DNA of 64,000 nt from positions 6,843 to 70,842 of the forward strand of contig LBOW01000002.1 in the NCBI GenBank assembly GCA_000989765.1. Direction: 5' to 3'. This document shows positions 17,917 to 28,451 of this stretch, piece by piece (position 1 is the first letter of the stretch; every line of letters begins with the position of its first letter). Under the pieces are notes generated by a model. The model had not been told where the DNA came from and did no database searches. It saw only the letters and a list, made by a program, of their open reading frames with translations. The position numbers and the translations under genes are program-made. Source of the stretch: Candidatus Woesebacteria bacterium GW2011_GWB1_33_22. Its GTDB lineage: Bacteria > Patescibacteriota > Microgenomatia > UBA8517.

Positions 17917-18960
17917 ATGGGTGATAACCTCATAAATTTAAAAAACCAAGCTATTGCACAAATATCGGAGGTCAGAGATTTAACTGAACTTGAACAGATA
18001 AGAATTAATCTGTTCGGAAGAAATGGAAAATTTAACGCTATTTCAAAAGAAATTGCTAAAGTCGCAATTGAAGAAAAAAAGCAGTTTGGAATTACTTTAA
18101 ATGAAGTTAAAAATACTTTAGAAGAATTAATTCAAATCAAGAAAAATGATTTAACCAATTCAGCTCGTGTCTGGTTTGACCCGACAATGCCTGCTAAAAA
18201 AAATAAACTAGGTAAAATTCATTTTGTTTCCAGGGCAATTGATGAAATATCATCAGTTTTTGAAAAAATTGGTTTTAGTAGAGTTAGATATTCTGAAGTT
18301 GAATGGGATTATTTTGCCTTTACTGCTTTAAATTTTCCTGTAAATCACCCAGCAAGAGATGATTGGGAAACTTTTTTTGTAGATTTACCTGAATCAAAAA
18401 AATATGGGTCAATGCTTTTAACACCTCACACATCAAGTGGTCAAATAAGGGAAATGTTATCGAGGCAAGCCCTGCCTGCCGGCAGGCAGGCTCCTATTAG
18501 AATGATTAATATAGCTAAGTGTTATAGAAGACAAAGTGATATTAGCCATGTTCCCATGTTTCACCAATTCGAAGGATTAGTAGTTGATAGTAATATTAAT
18601 ATTACAAATTTAAAAGGAACACTTGATTACTTTGCCAAAAGCTTTTTTGGTAAAAACAGAGAAACAAGATTAAGACCTTATCATTTTCAATTTACTGAAC
18701 CGTCATTTGAAGTAGATATCTCCTGTAATGTCTGTGATGGACGAGGTTGTAAATTATGTAAAGAAGGCTGGCTTGAGATAGGTGGCGCAGGAATGGTCCA
18801 TCCTAATGTTTTAAGAAATTGTAAAATTGATCCTAATGTCTATTCAGGTTTCGCTTTTGGTTGGGGAGTTGAAAGAGTTGCCATGATGAAATCTGGGCTT
18901 TCTGTGCCTGATGTAAGACTTTTATATAGTTCAGACTTACGTGTTTTGTCACAATTATAA
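17917..18960 (+). CDS. pheS: phenylalanine-tRNA ligase alpha subunit (contains in-frame palindromic-element insertion at 18472-18491)
   Basis: Class II motifs, ...FQFTEPSFEVD..., GWGVERVAMM; 347 aa. Confidence 0.95.
   Translation: MGDNLINLKNQAIAQISEVRDLTELEQIRINLFGRNGKFNAISKEIAKVAIEEKKQFGITLNEVKNTLEELIQIKKNDLTNSARVWFDPTMPAKKNKLGKIHFVSRAIDEISSVFEKIGFSRVRYSEVEWDYFAFTALNFPVNHPARDDWETFFVDLPESKKYGSMLLTPHTSSGQIREMLSRQALPAGRQAPIRMINIAKCYRRQSDISHVPMFHQFEGLVVDSNINITNLKGTLDYFAKSFFGKNRETRLRPYHFQFTEPSFEVDISCNVCDGRGCKLCKEGWLEIGGAGMVHPNVLRNCKIDPNVYSGFAFGWGVERVAMMKSGLSVPDVRLLYSSDLRVLSQL
18472..18491. repeat. GC-rich 20-bp palindrome CCTGCCTGCCGGCAGGCAGG in frame in pheS (codes LPAGRQ)
   Basis: Identical to copies at 13924 and 26403. 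Confidence 0.9.
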
Positions 18961-18962
18961 TT

Positions 18963-20909
18963 ATGGATATATTAATACCTGACAGCTGGCTAAGAAGGTT
19001 TTTAGATACTAAAGTTAAACCTGATGAAATTGCAAAGTATTTGTCGCTTTGTGGACCTTCAATTGAAAGAATTAAAAAGACAAAAGATGAAGATTATATA
19101 TACTCTGTTGAGATAACTACAAACAGGGTTGACTGTGCATCTGTTTTAGGAATAGCTAGAGAAGCTAGTGCAATCTTACCTAGATTTGGAATCTCAGCTA
19201 AATTAAAAATTAAGAAAGAAGAAATAAAAAATAAATACGACTTTAAAAACAAAGTAAAATATCTTGATGCAATAGTTGATTCAAAACTTTGTCCCAGATT
19301 TACTGCGGTACTAATTAAAAATGTCAAGTTAAAAGATTCTCCAGAGAAAATTAAAAATATGCTTTTAAAAGTTGGTGTTAGACCAATCAATAATCTTGTA
19401 GATGTCAGCAATTACATCATGCATGAGCTTGGTCAACCTGTTCATACTTTTGACTATGACAAGATAGTTGGTTCAAAGATGATACTCAGAGAATCTAGAG
19501 TGAATGAATTAGTAACAACATTGGACGGGAAAAAATTTAAATTAGACGGGGGAGATATTGTTATTGAAGACGGAAGTGGAAAACTTATAGACCTTTGTGG
19601 AATCATGGGGGGGGAGAATTCTGCAATTGATTCTTCTACAAAAAATGTTTTGTTGTTTGTTCAAAACTATAATAAACATGTGATCAGAAAAACTTCAATG
19701 AAATTAGACTTACGAACTGAAGCTGCGGTTCTTTTTGAAAAAGGCTTAGATAGTGAAAATATTAAACCAGCAATTCTTTTGGCAATAGATCTAATAGAAA
19801 AACTTTCGGGAGGAAAGACAGAAAAAGAAGTTTTAGATATTTATCCGAAGTCTTATAAAACAAAAATGATTAAGGTGGATAAACTAAGAATAGATAAAAT
19901 TATCGGCATTGAAATAAGTACTAAAGACATTAGTAAATATTTAAAAACCTTAGGCTTTGAAGTTTACTTGCAAGGTGAAACCCTGCAAGTTACAGTTCCC
20001 TCATGGCGGGCAGATGATATAGATATTCAAGAAGACATCGCGGAAGAAATAGCTAGAATTTATGGTTATCACAATTTGCCGTGTATTTTAATGGGCGGAG
20101 AACTTCCCAAACCCCAATCTACAAACAATTTTAAAGTAGAATTAGATGTAAAACAAATATTAAAGTCTCTTGGCGGATTTGAAATATATAATTTATCTCT
20201 AGTTGAAAAGGGCCAATTGAAACTTAGTAATCCATTAGGACCAGATTCGGGATACTTAAGAGATAACTTGAAAGATTCTCTCATACAAAATATTAAAGAT
20301 AACCCACAGGAAAAAAATTATATACATATATTTGAAATGGCAAATGTATATTTAGCTCGTAAAAATGATTTACCAGAAGAAATATTGACTCTAGCGGGAA
20401 TTATTAAAAACGGTGACTATAGAAAAAGCAAAGGCATTGTACAGACGCTACTAAAAGAACTTTTGATCGACTATACTGAAAAACTTGAAGACGGTAAAGG
20501 CTATTTCCCCAACCAAAGATTAGAAATATATTCAGATAAAGAAAGGATTGGAGAATATGGAAATTTGGAAAATAATTTATTTACTTACGAATTTGACATG
20601 CAAAAATTGATAAACTGTAAAAAAACAAATACAAAATTTAAAGAAGCTTTTAAATACCCACCACAGGTTGAGGATTTAACTTTAGTCATTCCAGAAAAAA
20701 CATACGTCGGAGAAGTTATGAAGTTTATTTCGGATTTCGATATTCGTATTTCGAATTTAGAACTGATTGATATTTATCAAAATAATTACACTTTTAACAT
20801 TGAATATCAAGATGAAAACAAAACTTTAACGGATAAAGAAGTGAAGGAAATTAGAAATAAAATTTTAAGTGAATTAAAATCAAAATTCGGAATAACTATT
20901 AAGGGGTAG
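18963..20909 (+). CDS. pheT: phenylalanine-tRNA ligase beta subunit (short form)
   Basis: B3/B4 and B5 domain pattern, C-terminal anticodon-binding-like domain; immediately follows pheS. Confidence 0.9.
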   Translation: MDILIPDSWLRRFLDTKVKPDEIAKYLSLCGPSIERIKKTKDEDYIYSVEITTNRVDCASVLGIAREASAILPRFGISAKLKIKKEEIKNKYDFKNKVKYLDAIVDSKLCPRFTAVLIKNVKLKDSPEKIKNMLLKVGVRPINNLVDVSNYIMHELGQPVHTFDYDKIVGSKMILRESRVNELVTTLDGKKFKLDGGDIVIEDGSGKLIDLCGIMGGENSAIDSSTKNVLLFVQNYNKHVIRKTSMKLDLRTEAAVLFEKGLDSENIKPAILLAIDLIEKLSGGKTEKEVLDIYPKSYKTKMIKVDKLRIDKIIGIEISTKDISKYLKTLGFEVYLQGETLQVTVPSWRADDIDIQEDIAEEIARIYGYHNLPCILMGGELPKPQSTNNFKVELDVKQILKSLGGFEIYNLSLVEKGQLKLSNPLGPDSGYLRDNLKDSLIQNIKDNPQEKNYIHIFEMANVYLARKNDLPEEILTLAGIIKNGDYRKSKGIVQTLLKELLIDYTEKLEDGKGYFPNQRLEIYSDKERIGEYGNLENNLFTYEFDMQKLINCKKTNTKFKEAFKYPPQVEDLTLVIPEKTYVGEVMKFISDFDIRISNLELIDIYQNNYTFNIEYQDENKTLTDKEVKEIRNKILSELKSKFGITIKG

Positions 20910-23433
20910 GGGTAGGAGACGAATCCCAAGGGACATTGACTCCAATTGTAATTGTATGCTCAGTTTCATGATTATCTTTATCTCTTCCTTTAACCTGAAG
21001 TTTATGTACACCATCGTTTAGACTAATCTCACCTTCATATGGAAGACTGTCGAAAGATCTTACTTTGACTCCATCTGCAAAAATTTCAATCAACAATATT
21101 TCAGAAGTTGAAACGGCTTTTACTTTAATATTAAAAGTATTTGAAACTGTTTCGCGATCTTTAGGATTTTGCCACTCTACACTTAATGGATTGGCCGTAC
21201 CGCAATATTCAGTTGGAGGTCTATATCTATCATCTCCTGCCCCATTGATCCAGTTTAAAATTGCTTCCTGCCATCTGTTTTTACCGTCAGTGGAAACAGG
21301 GTCTTCCTCAACTATTTTATAATATTCTTTCTCGTCATAATTATTACCAGCAACATCAGAGGGAGTTGCTAGTTTTTCTTCATTTTTACAGATTTTTAAC
21401 TTGACATGAATATCATCGCCTGAAGGCACGTTACTTTTGTCAAAAAATTCTGATCTAGAGCTAAAACTGTCATGAGCAAGTTTACCTGAAAAACTATCAA
21501 CCTCTACCGTTTGAATTCCATCAGGGGGTTCAAAACCTGTGGGGTCAAATCCAGATAAGCTTTCAATTATTACACGTCTCCAAATTGGAGATGCACCAGA
21601 TACACCCGAGGCAACATTTAACATTGGTGAATTATCATTGTTTCCAACCCAAACTCCAACTGCTCGTTGCTGTGTTCCCCCAATTGTCCAATTGTCCCTT
21701 TTATCGTTTGTGGTTCCAGTTTTAACTGCCATTTGACGACCTGGAATATTAAGTAGTGAATTTATCCCAAAAACTTCACGTCTTGCCTCATTATCAGAAA
21801 GTATATTTGATATTAAAAACGCTTGTTCAGAAGTTATAACTTGTTTACCTTTTTTTGTTTTTACTTCCTCCAGCAACTTTCCGTTACTATCCTCAACTTT
21901 TAAGATAGCGATAGGGTCTACTCTATATCCTCCATTAAAAAAAGCTGAATAACTTGTAGTTAACTCCAAAAGTCTAACTTCACCACCACCAAGCGTTAAT
22001 GAAAGTCCAACTCTTTTTAAGGTTTCATTTGTAGGAGGGAGCGAATTTAACCCCATATTATACGCAGTTTCCAAGACATCTTTAATTCCAACTAAAGCTA
22101 TTAACTTAACTGCTGGTACGTTTATTGAATTCCCCAAGGCATACCTTAACTGAATTGGACCTCTATATTTTCCATCATAATTCACTGGGTTATAATCAGG
22201 TTGTCCCTCACCACCCGGAAAGGTAGTGGCAACATCCATAATCATTGTTGAAGGAGTGTAACCCTCTTTAAATGCTGTTAAGTATGTAAAAGGTTTAAAA
22301 GACGAACCTGGTTGCCTTAAAGAAAGTGTTACATTAACTTGTCCATCATAATCAGGATCATCAAATCTTTTACTTCCAACCATAGAGAGTATCTCACCAG
22401 TTTGAGGGTCTACTACGACAACACCACCATTTGTTATTCTTTGTTTTTCTACTTTTGAAATTTCATCAGCTACAATTGCTTGTGCTTTTTCTTGTAGTTC
22501 CAAATCCAAAGTTGTGGTAACTTTTAACCCTCCTTGTTCAACTACTTTTTCTCCATATCTATCTTCAAGAATTTTTTGAACATACTGGACAAAGTGAGGT
22601 GCTTTAAATGAAGATCCCTTAGTTTGAAACTTTACATCAGGTAGTTCACCTAAGCTTGCTTGTTCTTGATCCTTAGTTATAAACCCATCCTCTCTCATCC
22701 TACGTAAAACATCAGTTGTTCTATCTATATAGGCCTTGGGTGTAGATGAATAAGGTGAATATCTTGATGGAGATTGAGGAAATCCAGCTAAAATTGCGGA
22801 CTCTAAAAGATTTAAGTCTTTGGAAGATTTTCCAAAATAGATTTCAGATGCCGTTTCAACTCCTCGAGCATTACCTCCATATGGAGCTTCATTCAAGTAC
22901 ATTTGTAAAATCTCATCTTTACTGTATTTCCTTTCAATCTGAACTGATAATATAAACTCTTTAACTTTTCTCCACACTGACCTCTCTGAGGTCAGTAAAA
23001 CATTTTTAACTAACTGCTGGGTTAAAGTTGAACCACCTTGTGCATACCCCCTTGTAAAAACTCTTGATAAACCCCTAATGGTACCTAAAATATCAAATCC
23101 TTGATGTTTGTAAAAATTTTTATCTTCAATAGCAATTGTTGCCTGTTTTAAATAAAGTGGTACATCATTAATCTTAATTGGAGTTCTTCGTTCATTTTCA
23201 AAGATATCATACAATGGTTTTCCGTTTCTATCTAAAATTTTAGTTGAGAATCCTTCACGCCTGACAACTTTATCAGGGGAGGGAAGTGTAAAAGCCATTA
23301 AGGGTAAGGCAATAACTGCAATAACAAAAATAACTACAATCCCAAAAAAACCAAATTTGGCTAACTTTGCAATATTTCTAGACTTTTGAAGCCCAATTAG
23401 TTTTCTTCTTCTCTCCCTCCACATATGAACCAT
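20899..23433 (-). CDS. bifunctional class A penicillin-binding protein (transglycosylase + transpeptidase) with C-terminal extra domain
   Basis: GT51 motifs IAIEDKNFYKHQG, RKVKE; transpeptidase SGSSFKPF, SINVP(SxN), KTGTT; N-terminal TM. Confidence 0.9.
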   Translation of the reverse strand: MVHMWRERRRKLIGLQKSRNIAKLAKFGFFGIVVIFVIAVIALPLMAFTLPSPDKVVRREGFSTKILDRNGKPLYDIFENERRTPIKINDVPLYLKQATIAIEDKNFYKHQGFDILGTIRGLSRVFTRGYAQGGSTLTQQLVKNVLLTSERSVWRKVKEFILSVQIERKYSKDEILQMYLNEAPYGGNARGVETASEIYFGKSSKDLNLLESAILAGFPQSPSRYSPYSSTPKAYIDRTTDVLRRMREDGFITKDQEQASLGELPDVKFQTKGSSFKAPHFVQYVQKILEDRYGEKVVEQGGLKVTTTLDLELQEKAQAIVADEISKVEKQRITNGGVVVVDPQTGEILSMVGSKRFDDPDYDGQVNVTLSLRQPGSSFKPFTYLTAFKEGYTPSTMIMDVATTFPGGEGQPDYNPVNYDGKYRGPIQLRYALGNSINVPAVKLIALVGIKDVLETAYNMGLNSLPPTNETLKRVGLSLTLGGGEVRLLELTTSYSAFFNGGYRVDPIAILKVEDSNGKLLEEVKTKKGKQVITSEQAFLISNILSDNEARREVFGINSLLNIPGRQMAVKTGTTNDKRDNWTIGGTQQRAVGVWVGNNDNSPMLNVASGVSGASPIWRRVIIESLSGFDPTGFEPPDGIQTVEVDSFSGKLAHDSFSSRSEFFDKSNVPSGDDIHVKLKICKNEEKLATPSDVAGNNYDEKEYYKIVEEDPVSTDGKNRWQEAILNWINGAGDDRYRPPTEYCGTANPLSVEWQNPKDRETVSNTFNIKVKAVSTSEILLIEIFADGVKVRSFDSLPYEGEISLNDGVHKLQVKGRDKDNHETEHTITIGVNVPWDSSPTPTP

Positions 23434-23534
23434 ATTAACACAAACTTAATTACTTTTACATAAAGATCAAAGATCTTTGTTACTTTAAACTGATCGTTTA
23501 AAAGATAAAAAGATGCAGTTGACTGATACAAAAT

Positions 23535-23563
23535 TTGACAAAGAGGTATTATTTTAATACTAT
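23535..23563 (+). promoter_or_regulatory. sigma70-like promoter TTGACA-N17-TACTAT
   Basis: TTGACA at 23535-23540; -10-like TACTAT 17 nt downstream; points toward terminator hairpin at 23639. Confidence 0.35.
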
Positions 23564-23628
23564 ATAGATGTGCTTGTAGGGTAATTCCCGTAACTAGCTA
23601 AGAATTCTACGCTAGAAAAGCAAGCACA

Positions 23629-24048
23629 CTAAAGAAGTCCCTCTTTTTTGAGGGCTTTTTTGGTTTTAGTACTAGTTCTCCGTATACTCCAAAAATGGGA
23701 GTTTCCATTTTCTATCTTTCTAATAGTAACCGTTATGTGATTTTTTCCACCATTACAAATACTTGCAATTTCGTAGTATTTTACAGATCGTTCTTTACCT
23801 CGTTTTGATTTTATTCTACCTTCAGTTTCTTTAATAATACATTTTGAATTCCTAACCACTTCATGTGCATATCTAAATAAATTTAATCTAAGTCTTCTGT
23901 CTCTTGAGGATCTTCTATGACCCCTGCTGTCAAATGACAAATGAATCCATCCGTATCTATTAAAAACCACTTTTTGTTTGATATCAGGATTTTTAATTGT
24001 TCTTACTTTTTTATAAATTAAATAAATCTCTTCTTTTAAGTTGGTCAT
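23629..24048 (-). CDS. basic hypothetical protein
   Basis: ORF only, Arg/Lys-rich. Confidence 0.45.
   Translation of the reverse strand: MTNLKEEIYLIYKKVRTIKNPDIKQKVVFNRYGWIHLSFDSRGHRRSSRDRRLRLNLFRYAHEVVRNSKCIIKETEGRIKSKRGKERSVKYYEIASICNGGKNHITVTIRKIENGNSHFWSIRRTSTKTKKALKKEGLL
23639..23662 (+). terminator. terminator-like hairpin CCCTC-tttttt-GAGGG followed by T-run (overlaps 3' end of minus-strand CDS)
   Basis: 5-bp GC stem + CTTTTTTGG. Confidence 0.4.
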
Positions 24049-24102
24049 ACTTAAATAGTACTACAAATAATCAAGAATTTGACAATTACCCAACTCTTTA
24101 AG

Positions 24103-24636
24103 TTAATCTAAGATTGCAAAAGCTCTAATTGGGGATCCATCTCCGTTTTTAATTTTAAGTGGGACACCGTAAAACATGAATTCTTTATCTTTTGGTAATT
24201 CATTCATATTTACTAAATCTGTAATTGTTAATATTCCTGACTGTAATAGTTTTCTTTCTAACTCAAGATCAAGCTCAGCAGTATTTCCAACAATTACAAA
24301 TGAAGGTTTTGCCTTTTTTAGTTTTCCAAATAAACTTAAATCTAATTTACCATCTTTGAAAGCTAAACCTACATTTTTGGAAAATTCATCATCTATTTTA
24401 ACTAGTAAAGTTTTACCAATATATTTCTCGAGTGGGATATTATCGATAGTTGTTCCGTTCTCATCCATATGCGCAAAAGCATCTGCATGAGTTCCTATAT
24501 GTGATGATAATTGTAAATATCTTAATCTCCAACCTTCTTTGTCCAAATTGTGGATTTGTTTAATATGAACTTCTGGATCCCCCGCATAAACATCCATTCC
24601 ATCAAACAGGGGTTGTGATAAATCTACAATTTTCAT
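24103..24636 (-). CDS. cyclase-family protein (kynurenine formamidase-like)
   Basis: HIGTHADAFAH motif (HxGTHxDAPxH). Confidence 0.8.
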   Translation of the reverse strand: MKIVDLSQPLFDGMDVYAGDPEVHIKQIHNLDKEGWRLRYLQLSSHIGTHADAFAHMDENGTTIDNIPLEKYIGKTLLVKIDDEFSKNVGLAFKDGKLDLSLFGKLKKAKPSFVIVGNTAELDLELERKLLQSGILTITDLVNMNELPKDKEFMFYGVPLKIKNGDGSPIRAFAILD

Positions 24637-24687
24637 AATTTATTTTAACATATCCTAGATAAAGCAGTTTTATAGTAATATACTTAT

Positions 24688-25857
24688 ATGAATATGAATC
24701 TTACGATTAATGAAGTATTAACCCGCAGAGTTACAAATATAATTCCAAATAAACAGAAGCTTGAGGAACTACTTAAGTCTAAAAAGAAATTAAATGTATA
24801 TTTAGGAATTGATCCAACAGCCACAAGAATCCACATTGGCCACGCCCTAGCTCTAAGAAAACTTCAAGAGTTTGTTGAGTTAGGTCACAATGTTACATTT
24901 TTAATAGGTGACTTTACAGCCCTTATTGGTGATACATCAGACAAAGATACAGAAAGACCTGTTTTAAGTTATCAAGAAATAAGAGAAAACTTTAAAACTT
25001 ACAAAAAACAAGCAAGTAAGATACTGGATTTTAGTAAAGTAAAAGTTAAATTCAATAGTAGCTGGCTTTCTAAATTAAAATTTGCAGAGATTATTAAACT
25101 TTGTCAAGAATTCTCATTTGCTGATTTTGCTGGAAGAGAACTTATTAAAAAAAGATTGAATGATAAAAAAAGAGTTGGACTTCATGAAGCACTTTACCCA
25201 GTAATGCAAGGTTATGACAGTTATATCCTAGATACAGATATCCAAATTGGTGGTGCTGATCAAACTTTTAATATGCAAGCTGGTCGCGAACTTCAATCAA
25301 AACTAAGAGGCAAAGAGTCTTTTGTTTTGGTTACAGGATACCTAACTGGTACTGATGGTAGAAAAATGAGTAAAAGTTGGGGAAATGCAATTTGGTTATC
25401 AGACTCTGCCGATGAAATGTACGGAAAAGTAATGAGTATTCCTGATGAGCTTATAATTGAATACTTTGAAAATGTCACAAATACAAGTGAGGCAAAAATT
25501 AAGGATATTGCAAAAGCATTAAAAAGTGGAGTAAACCCAATTGAACTTAAGAAAGAATTAGCTTTTGCAATTACTAGACAATTACATTCCATAAGAGTTG
25601 CAACTAAAGCTAAGAATACTTTTGAAAAATCTTTTAAAACAAAGAATCCAGAATATTTACTTGGAATTAAAATGATGAAATCTTTAATTGAAACAATTGC
25701 GCCGTTCACCAGTTTAAAATCATTATCCGATGCCAAAAGATTAATTCAACAAGGTGCAATAAAAATTAATGGAGATGTTGTCACAGATTTAAATTACAAA
25801 ATAAAAAAAGGTGATAAGATAAAAATCGGTAAAAAAATATTTGGTAAATTAGTATGA
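24688..25857 (+). CDS. tyrS: tyrosine-tRNA ligase
   Basis: HIGH motif (RIHIGHALAL), KMSKS, C-terminal S4-like domain; TGA stop. Confidence 0.95.
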   Translation: MNMNLTINEVLTRRVTNIIPNKQKLEELLKSKKKLNVYLGIDPTATRIHIGHALALRKLQEFVELGHNVTFLIGDFTALIGDTSDKDTERPVLSYQEIRENFKTYKKQASKILDFSKVKVKFNSSWLSKLKFAEIIKLCQEFSFADFAGRELIKKRLNDKKRVGLHEALYPVMQGYDSYILDTDIQIGGADQTFNMQAGRELQSKLRGKESFVLVTGYLTGTDGRKMSKSWGNAIWLSDSADEMYGKVMSIPDELIIEYFENVTNTSEAKIKDIAKALKSGVNPIELKKELAFAITRQLHSIRVATKAKNTFEKSFKTKNPEYLLGIKMMKSLIETIAPFTSLKSLSDAKRLIQQGAIKINGDVVTDLNYKIKKGDKIKIGKKIFGKLV

Positions 25858-25955
25858 TTACTAGAAAACAAAGAAAAATATTTACAGTTTTAGCAATACT
25901 TGCGGGTATTGCATTACTAGCAGGATCAATACTGCCATTTATTGCATATCTCTAG
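25854..25955 (+). CDS. small hydrophobic peptide (33 aa), start overlaps tyrS stop (ATGA)
   Basis: MITRKQRKIFTVLAILAGIALLAGSILPFIAYL; single TM; not in ORF track. Confidence 0.3.
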   Translation: MITRKQRKIFTVLAILAGIALLAGSILPFIAYL

Positions 25956-25989
25956 CTACTAGATTCTAGTTACTAGATACTAGAAGAAC

Positions 25990-27930
25990 ATGAACACAAA
26001 TAAGCTTCAATTAACTGACCCTGTGAATATTATCCCATTCGTTGGTCCAAGTTTTGAAAAAAAATTAAAAAAATTAGAAATTATTACAGTTTCTGATCTA
26101 TTACATCACATTCCAAACAGATACTTGGATTTTTCTAAATTTACAAAAATAAAAAATATTAAAATTGATGAAGTTGTTTCAATATTTGGAACAATGACTT
26201 TTATCAAAAATCAACCAACAAAGTCCGGAAAATTAATGCAACTAGGAACTTTAGAAGATGAAACAGGAACTATTAATATGGTTTGGTTTAACCAGTTTTA
26301 CCTGGCAAAGATGCTATTTCCAGGAACTAAACTAATTATTTCAGGAAAAGCTTCTTGGTTTAACCGAAAGTTAGCTTTTTTTTCACCTCAGTATGAAAAA
26401 ATCCTGCCTGCCGGCAGGCAGGGGATTAATACAGTTCATACAGGTAAAATTATCGGGGTTTACTCTCAGACCTCAGGAATTACCAATAAATGGCTTAAGG
26501 CAAGAATTAAATATGCACTGGATCGAATTAAGATTGAAGAGTTTTTAAATAATAAATTAGGTTTATTAAATTTTGAAGATGCAATCAAAAAAATTCATTT
26601 TCCTAAAACTTTTAAAGAAGCCGAAAAGGCAAAGGAACGGCTTGCTTTTAACGAATTTTACAATTTATTAATAACGGCAAAAGAGCGAAAAAGAAAATTA
26701 CTAAAAAAAAGAGGTGTGGCTCTAATTGTTGACCAATTAACTGTTAACAATTTTATTGATTCTTTGCCGTTTAAACTTACCGATTCGCAAAATAAAGTTA
26801 CAAAAGAAATACTTTCTGATTTAGAGAAAAATATTTCAATGAATAGACTTCTGCAAGGTGATGTAGGAAGTGGAAAAACTGTTGTGGCTACAGTAGGGGC
26901 TTTTGCAACATTTTTAAATGGCTACCAAACTATATTTTTAGCTCCAACTCAAATACTTGCAAACCAGCATTACCAAACATTAAATAGTCTTTTTAAAAAT
27001 TATAAAATTAGAATATCTCTAATTACTGGAAGTAGTATTAAAAAAGATGAAGGAATATCTGACATAATAATCGGAACGCATGCCTTACTTAATAGAAAGT
27101 TTGAAAAGATCGGTTTATTAATAATTGATGAACAACATAAATTTGGTGTTAAACAAATTAATTTTTTACAAAAGAAAAATCCTCATACATTGACAATGAC
27201 AGCAACTCCAATCCCTAGAACCATAGCACAAACTTTATTTTCGGACATGGATCTTTCAATTCTTGATGAAATACCAGAAAATAGGCCAAAAATTAAAACC
27301 TGGCTAGTTCCTAATGAGAAACGAAGTAAGGCCTATGACTGGATCTCTTCACAAATCACTAGTCACAAATCACAGTGCTTTATTATTTGTCCCTTAGTTG
27401 AAGAATCGGAATCAGAAACGCTAAAATCTGTCAAATCGGTCAAAAAAGAATTTGGTAATTTAAAGTTAAAATTTAAAAAATTAAAGTTAGGACTTCTGCA
27501 TGGAAAACTTAAAGAAAAAGATAAAAACAAAGTATTAGACGATTTTAAAAACCGAAAGATTGATATTTTAGTTTCAACACCAGTAGTTGAAGTTGGGATT
27601 GATGTGTCAAACGCAACGATTATGTTAATTGAGGCAGCTGACAGGTTTGGTCTAGCTCAACTTCATCAATTAAGAGGCCGTGTTGGACGCGGTAAATCCG
27701 AATCCTACTGCCTTTTATTTACTGAAAACGAATCGGAAAAGGCGACCCAAAGACTTACAGCATTAACGAAATTTTCTTCTGGTTTTGAACTTGCAGAGTT
27801 AGATCTTAAACTCCGTGGGGCAGGTGAAGTCTTAGGAACAAAACAGTCAGGTTTTGGTAACCTAAAAATTGCCGATTGGTCCGACACTAAACTAATCAAG
27901 CTTGCATCAGAAGCAGTGAACAATGTATAA
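25990..27930 (+). CDS. recG: ATP-dependent DNA helicase RecG (contains in-frame palindromic-element insertion at 26403-26422)
   Basis: Wedge domain, Walker A GDVGSGKT, DEQH box, helicase C motifs QLHQLRGRVGRG. Confidence 0.9.
   Translation: MNTNKLQLTDPVNIIPFVGPSFEKKLKKLEIITVSDLLHHIPNRYLDFSKFTKIKNIKIDEVVSIFGTMTFIKNQPTKSGKLMQLGTLEDETGTINMVWFNQFYLAKMLFPGTKLIISGKASWFNRKLAFFSPQYEKILPAGRQGINTVHTGKIIGVYSQTSGITNKWLKARIKYALDRIKIEEFLNNKLGLLNFEDAIKKIHFPKTFKEAEKAKERLAFNEFYNLLITAKERKRKLLKKRGVALIVDQLTVNNFIDSLPFKLTDSQNKVTKEILSDLEKNISMNRLLQGDVGSGKTVVATVGAFATFLNGYQTIFLAPTQILANQHYQTLNSLFKNYKIRISLITGSSIKKDEGISDIIIGTHALLNRKFEKIGLLIIDEQHKFGVKQINFLQKKNPHTLTMTATPIPRTIAQTLFSDMDLSILDEIPENRPKIKTWLVPNEKRSKAYDWISSQITSHKSQCFIICPLVEESESETLKSVKSVKKEFGNLKLKFKKLKLGLLHGKLKEKDKNKVLDDFKNRKIDILVSTPVVEVGIDVSNATIMLIEAADRFGLAQLHQLRGRVGRGKSESYCLLFTENESEKATQRLTALTKFSSGFELAELDLKLRGAGEVLGTKQSGFGNLKIADWSDTKLIKLASEAVNNV
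26403..26422. repeat. GC-rich 20-bp palindrome CCTGCCTGCCGGCAGGCAGG in frame in recG (codes LPAGRQ)
   Basis: Identical to copies at 13924 and 18472. Confidence 0.9.
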
Positions 27931-27938
27931 TTACTTTA

Positions 27939-28094
27939 ATGGCCCCATTACCAAAGAAAAAACACAGTCACGGTCGAACAGCTCAAAGAAGAAGCACATT
28001 TAAAGCTTCTATTTCTGCTATTTCTAAATGTGCTAGTTGTGGAAAATTGAAAGAACCTCACAAAGCTTGTCCTCACTGTGGAGCATATAAGTAA
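27939..28094 (+). CDS. rpmF: 50S ribosomal protein L32
   Basis: MAPLPKKKHSHGRTAQRRSTFKAS...CASCGKLKEPHKACPHCGAYK (zinc-ribbon CxxC...CxxC); 51 aa; not in ORF track. Confidence 0.8.
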   Translation: MAPLPKKKHSHGRTAQRRSTFKASISAISKCASCGKLKEPHKACPHCGAYK

Positions 28095-28451
28095 ATGAAG
28101 ACAGCAACTGACCCAAGACACTTAAGACGAAGAACGGCTGTAAAAATATTATTTGCCCAGAGTTTTACGCCTCAGAAAAACAGACCAGAACTTGTTAAAA
28201 ACATTTTAAAACAAGTAAAAAAAATAAATAAAATAATTGAAGAATCTGCTCCTACTTGGCCAATTGATAAAATTAATAAAATTGATTTAGCTATATTACA
28301 TTTAGCCATTTACGAACTTAAAAATGAAGATACACCACCAAAAGTAATTATTGATGAGGCGGTCGAGTTGGCCAAAGAATTTGGATCAGAATCGTCAGGC
28401 CCATTTGTTAATGGTGTATTAGGGACAGTATATGATGAAATTTTTAAATAA
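28095..28451 (+). CDS. nusB: transcription antitermination factor NusB-like
   Basis: RRRTAVKILFAQSF (RRxARxxAxQxLF) N-terminus; ATG overlaps rpmF stop. Confidence 0.75.
   Translation: MKTATDPRHLRRRTAVKILFAQSFTPQKNRPELVKNILKQVKKINKIIEESAPTWPIDKINKIDLAILHLAIYELKNEDTPPKVIIDEAVELAKEFGSESSGPFVNGVLGTVYDEIFK

Noticed and set aside
25956-25990. CTAG-rich tract (ctactagattctagttactagatactaga)
   Set aside because: Short low-complexity run of overlapping CTAG tetramers; not a longer repeat family as far as seen
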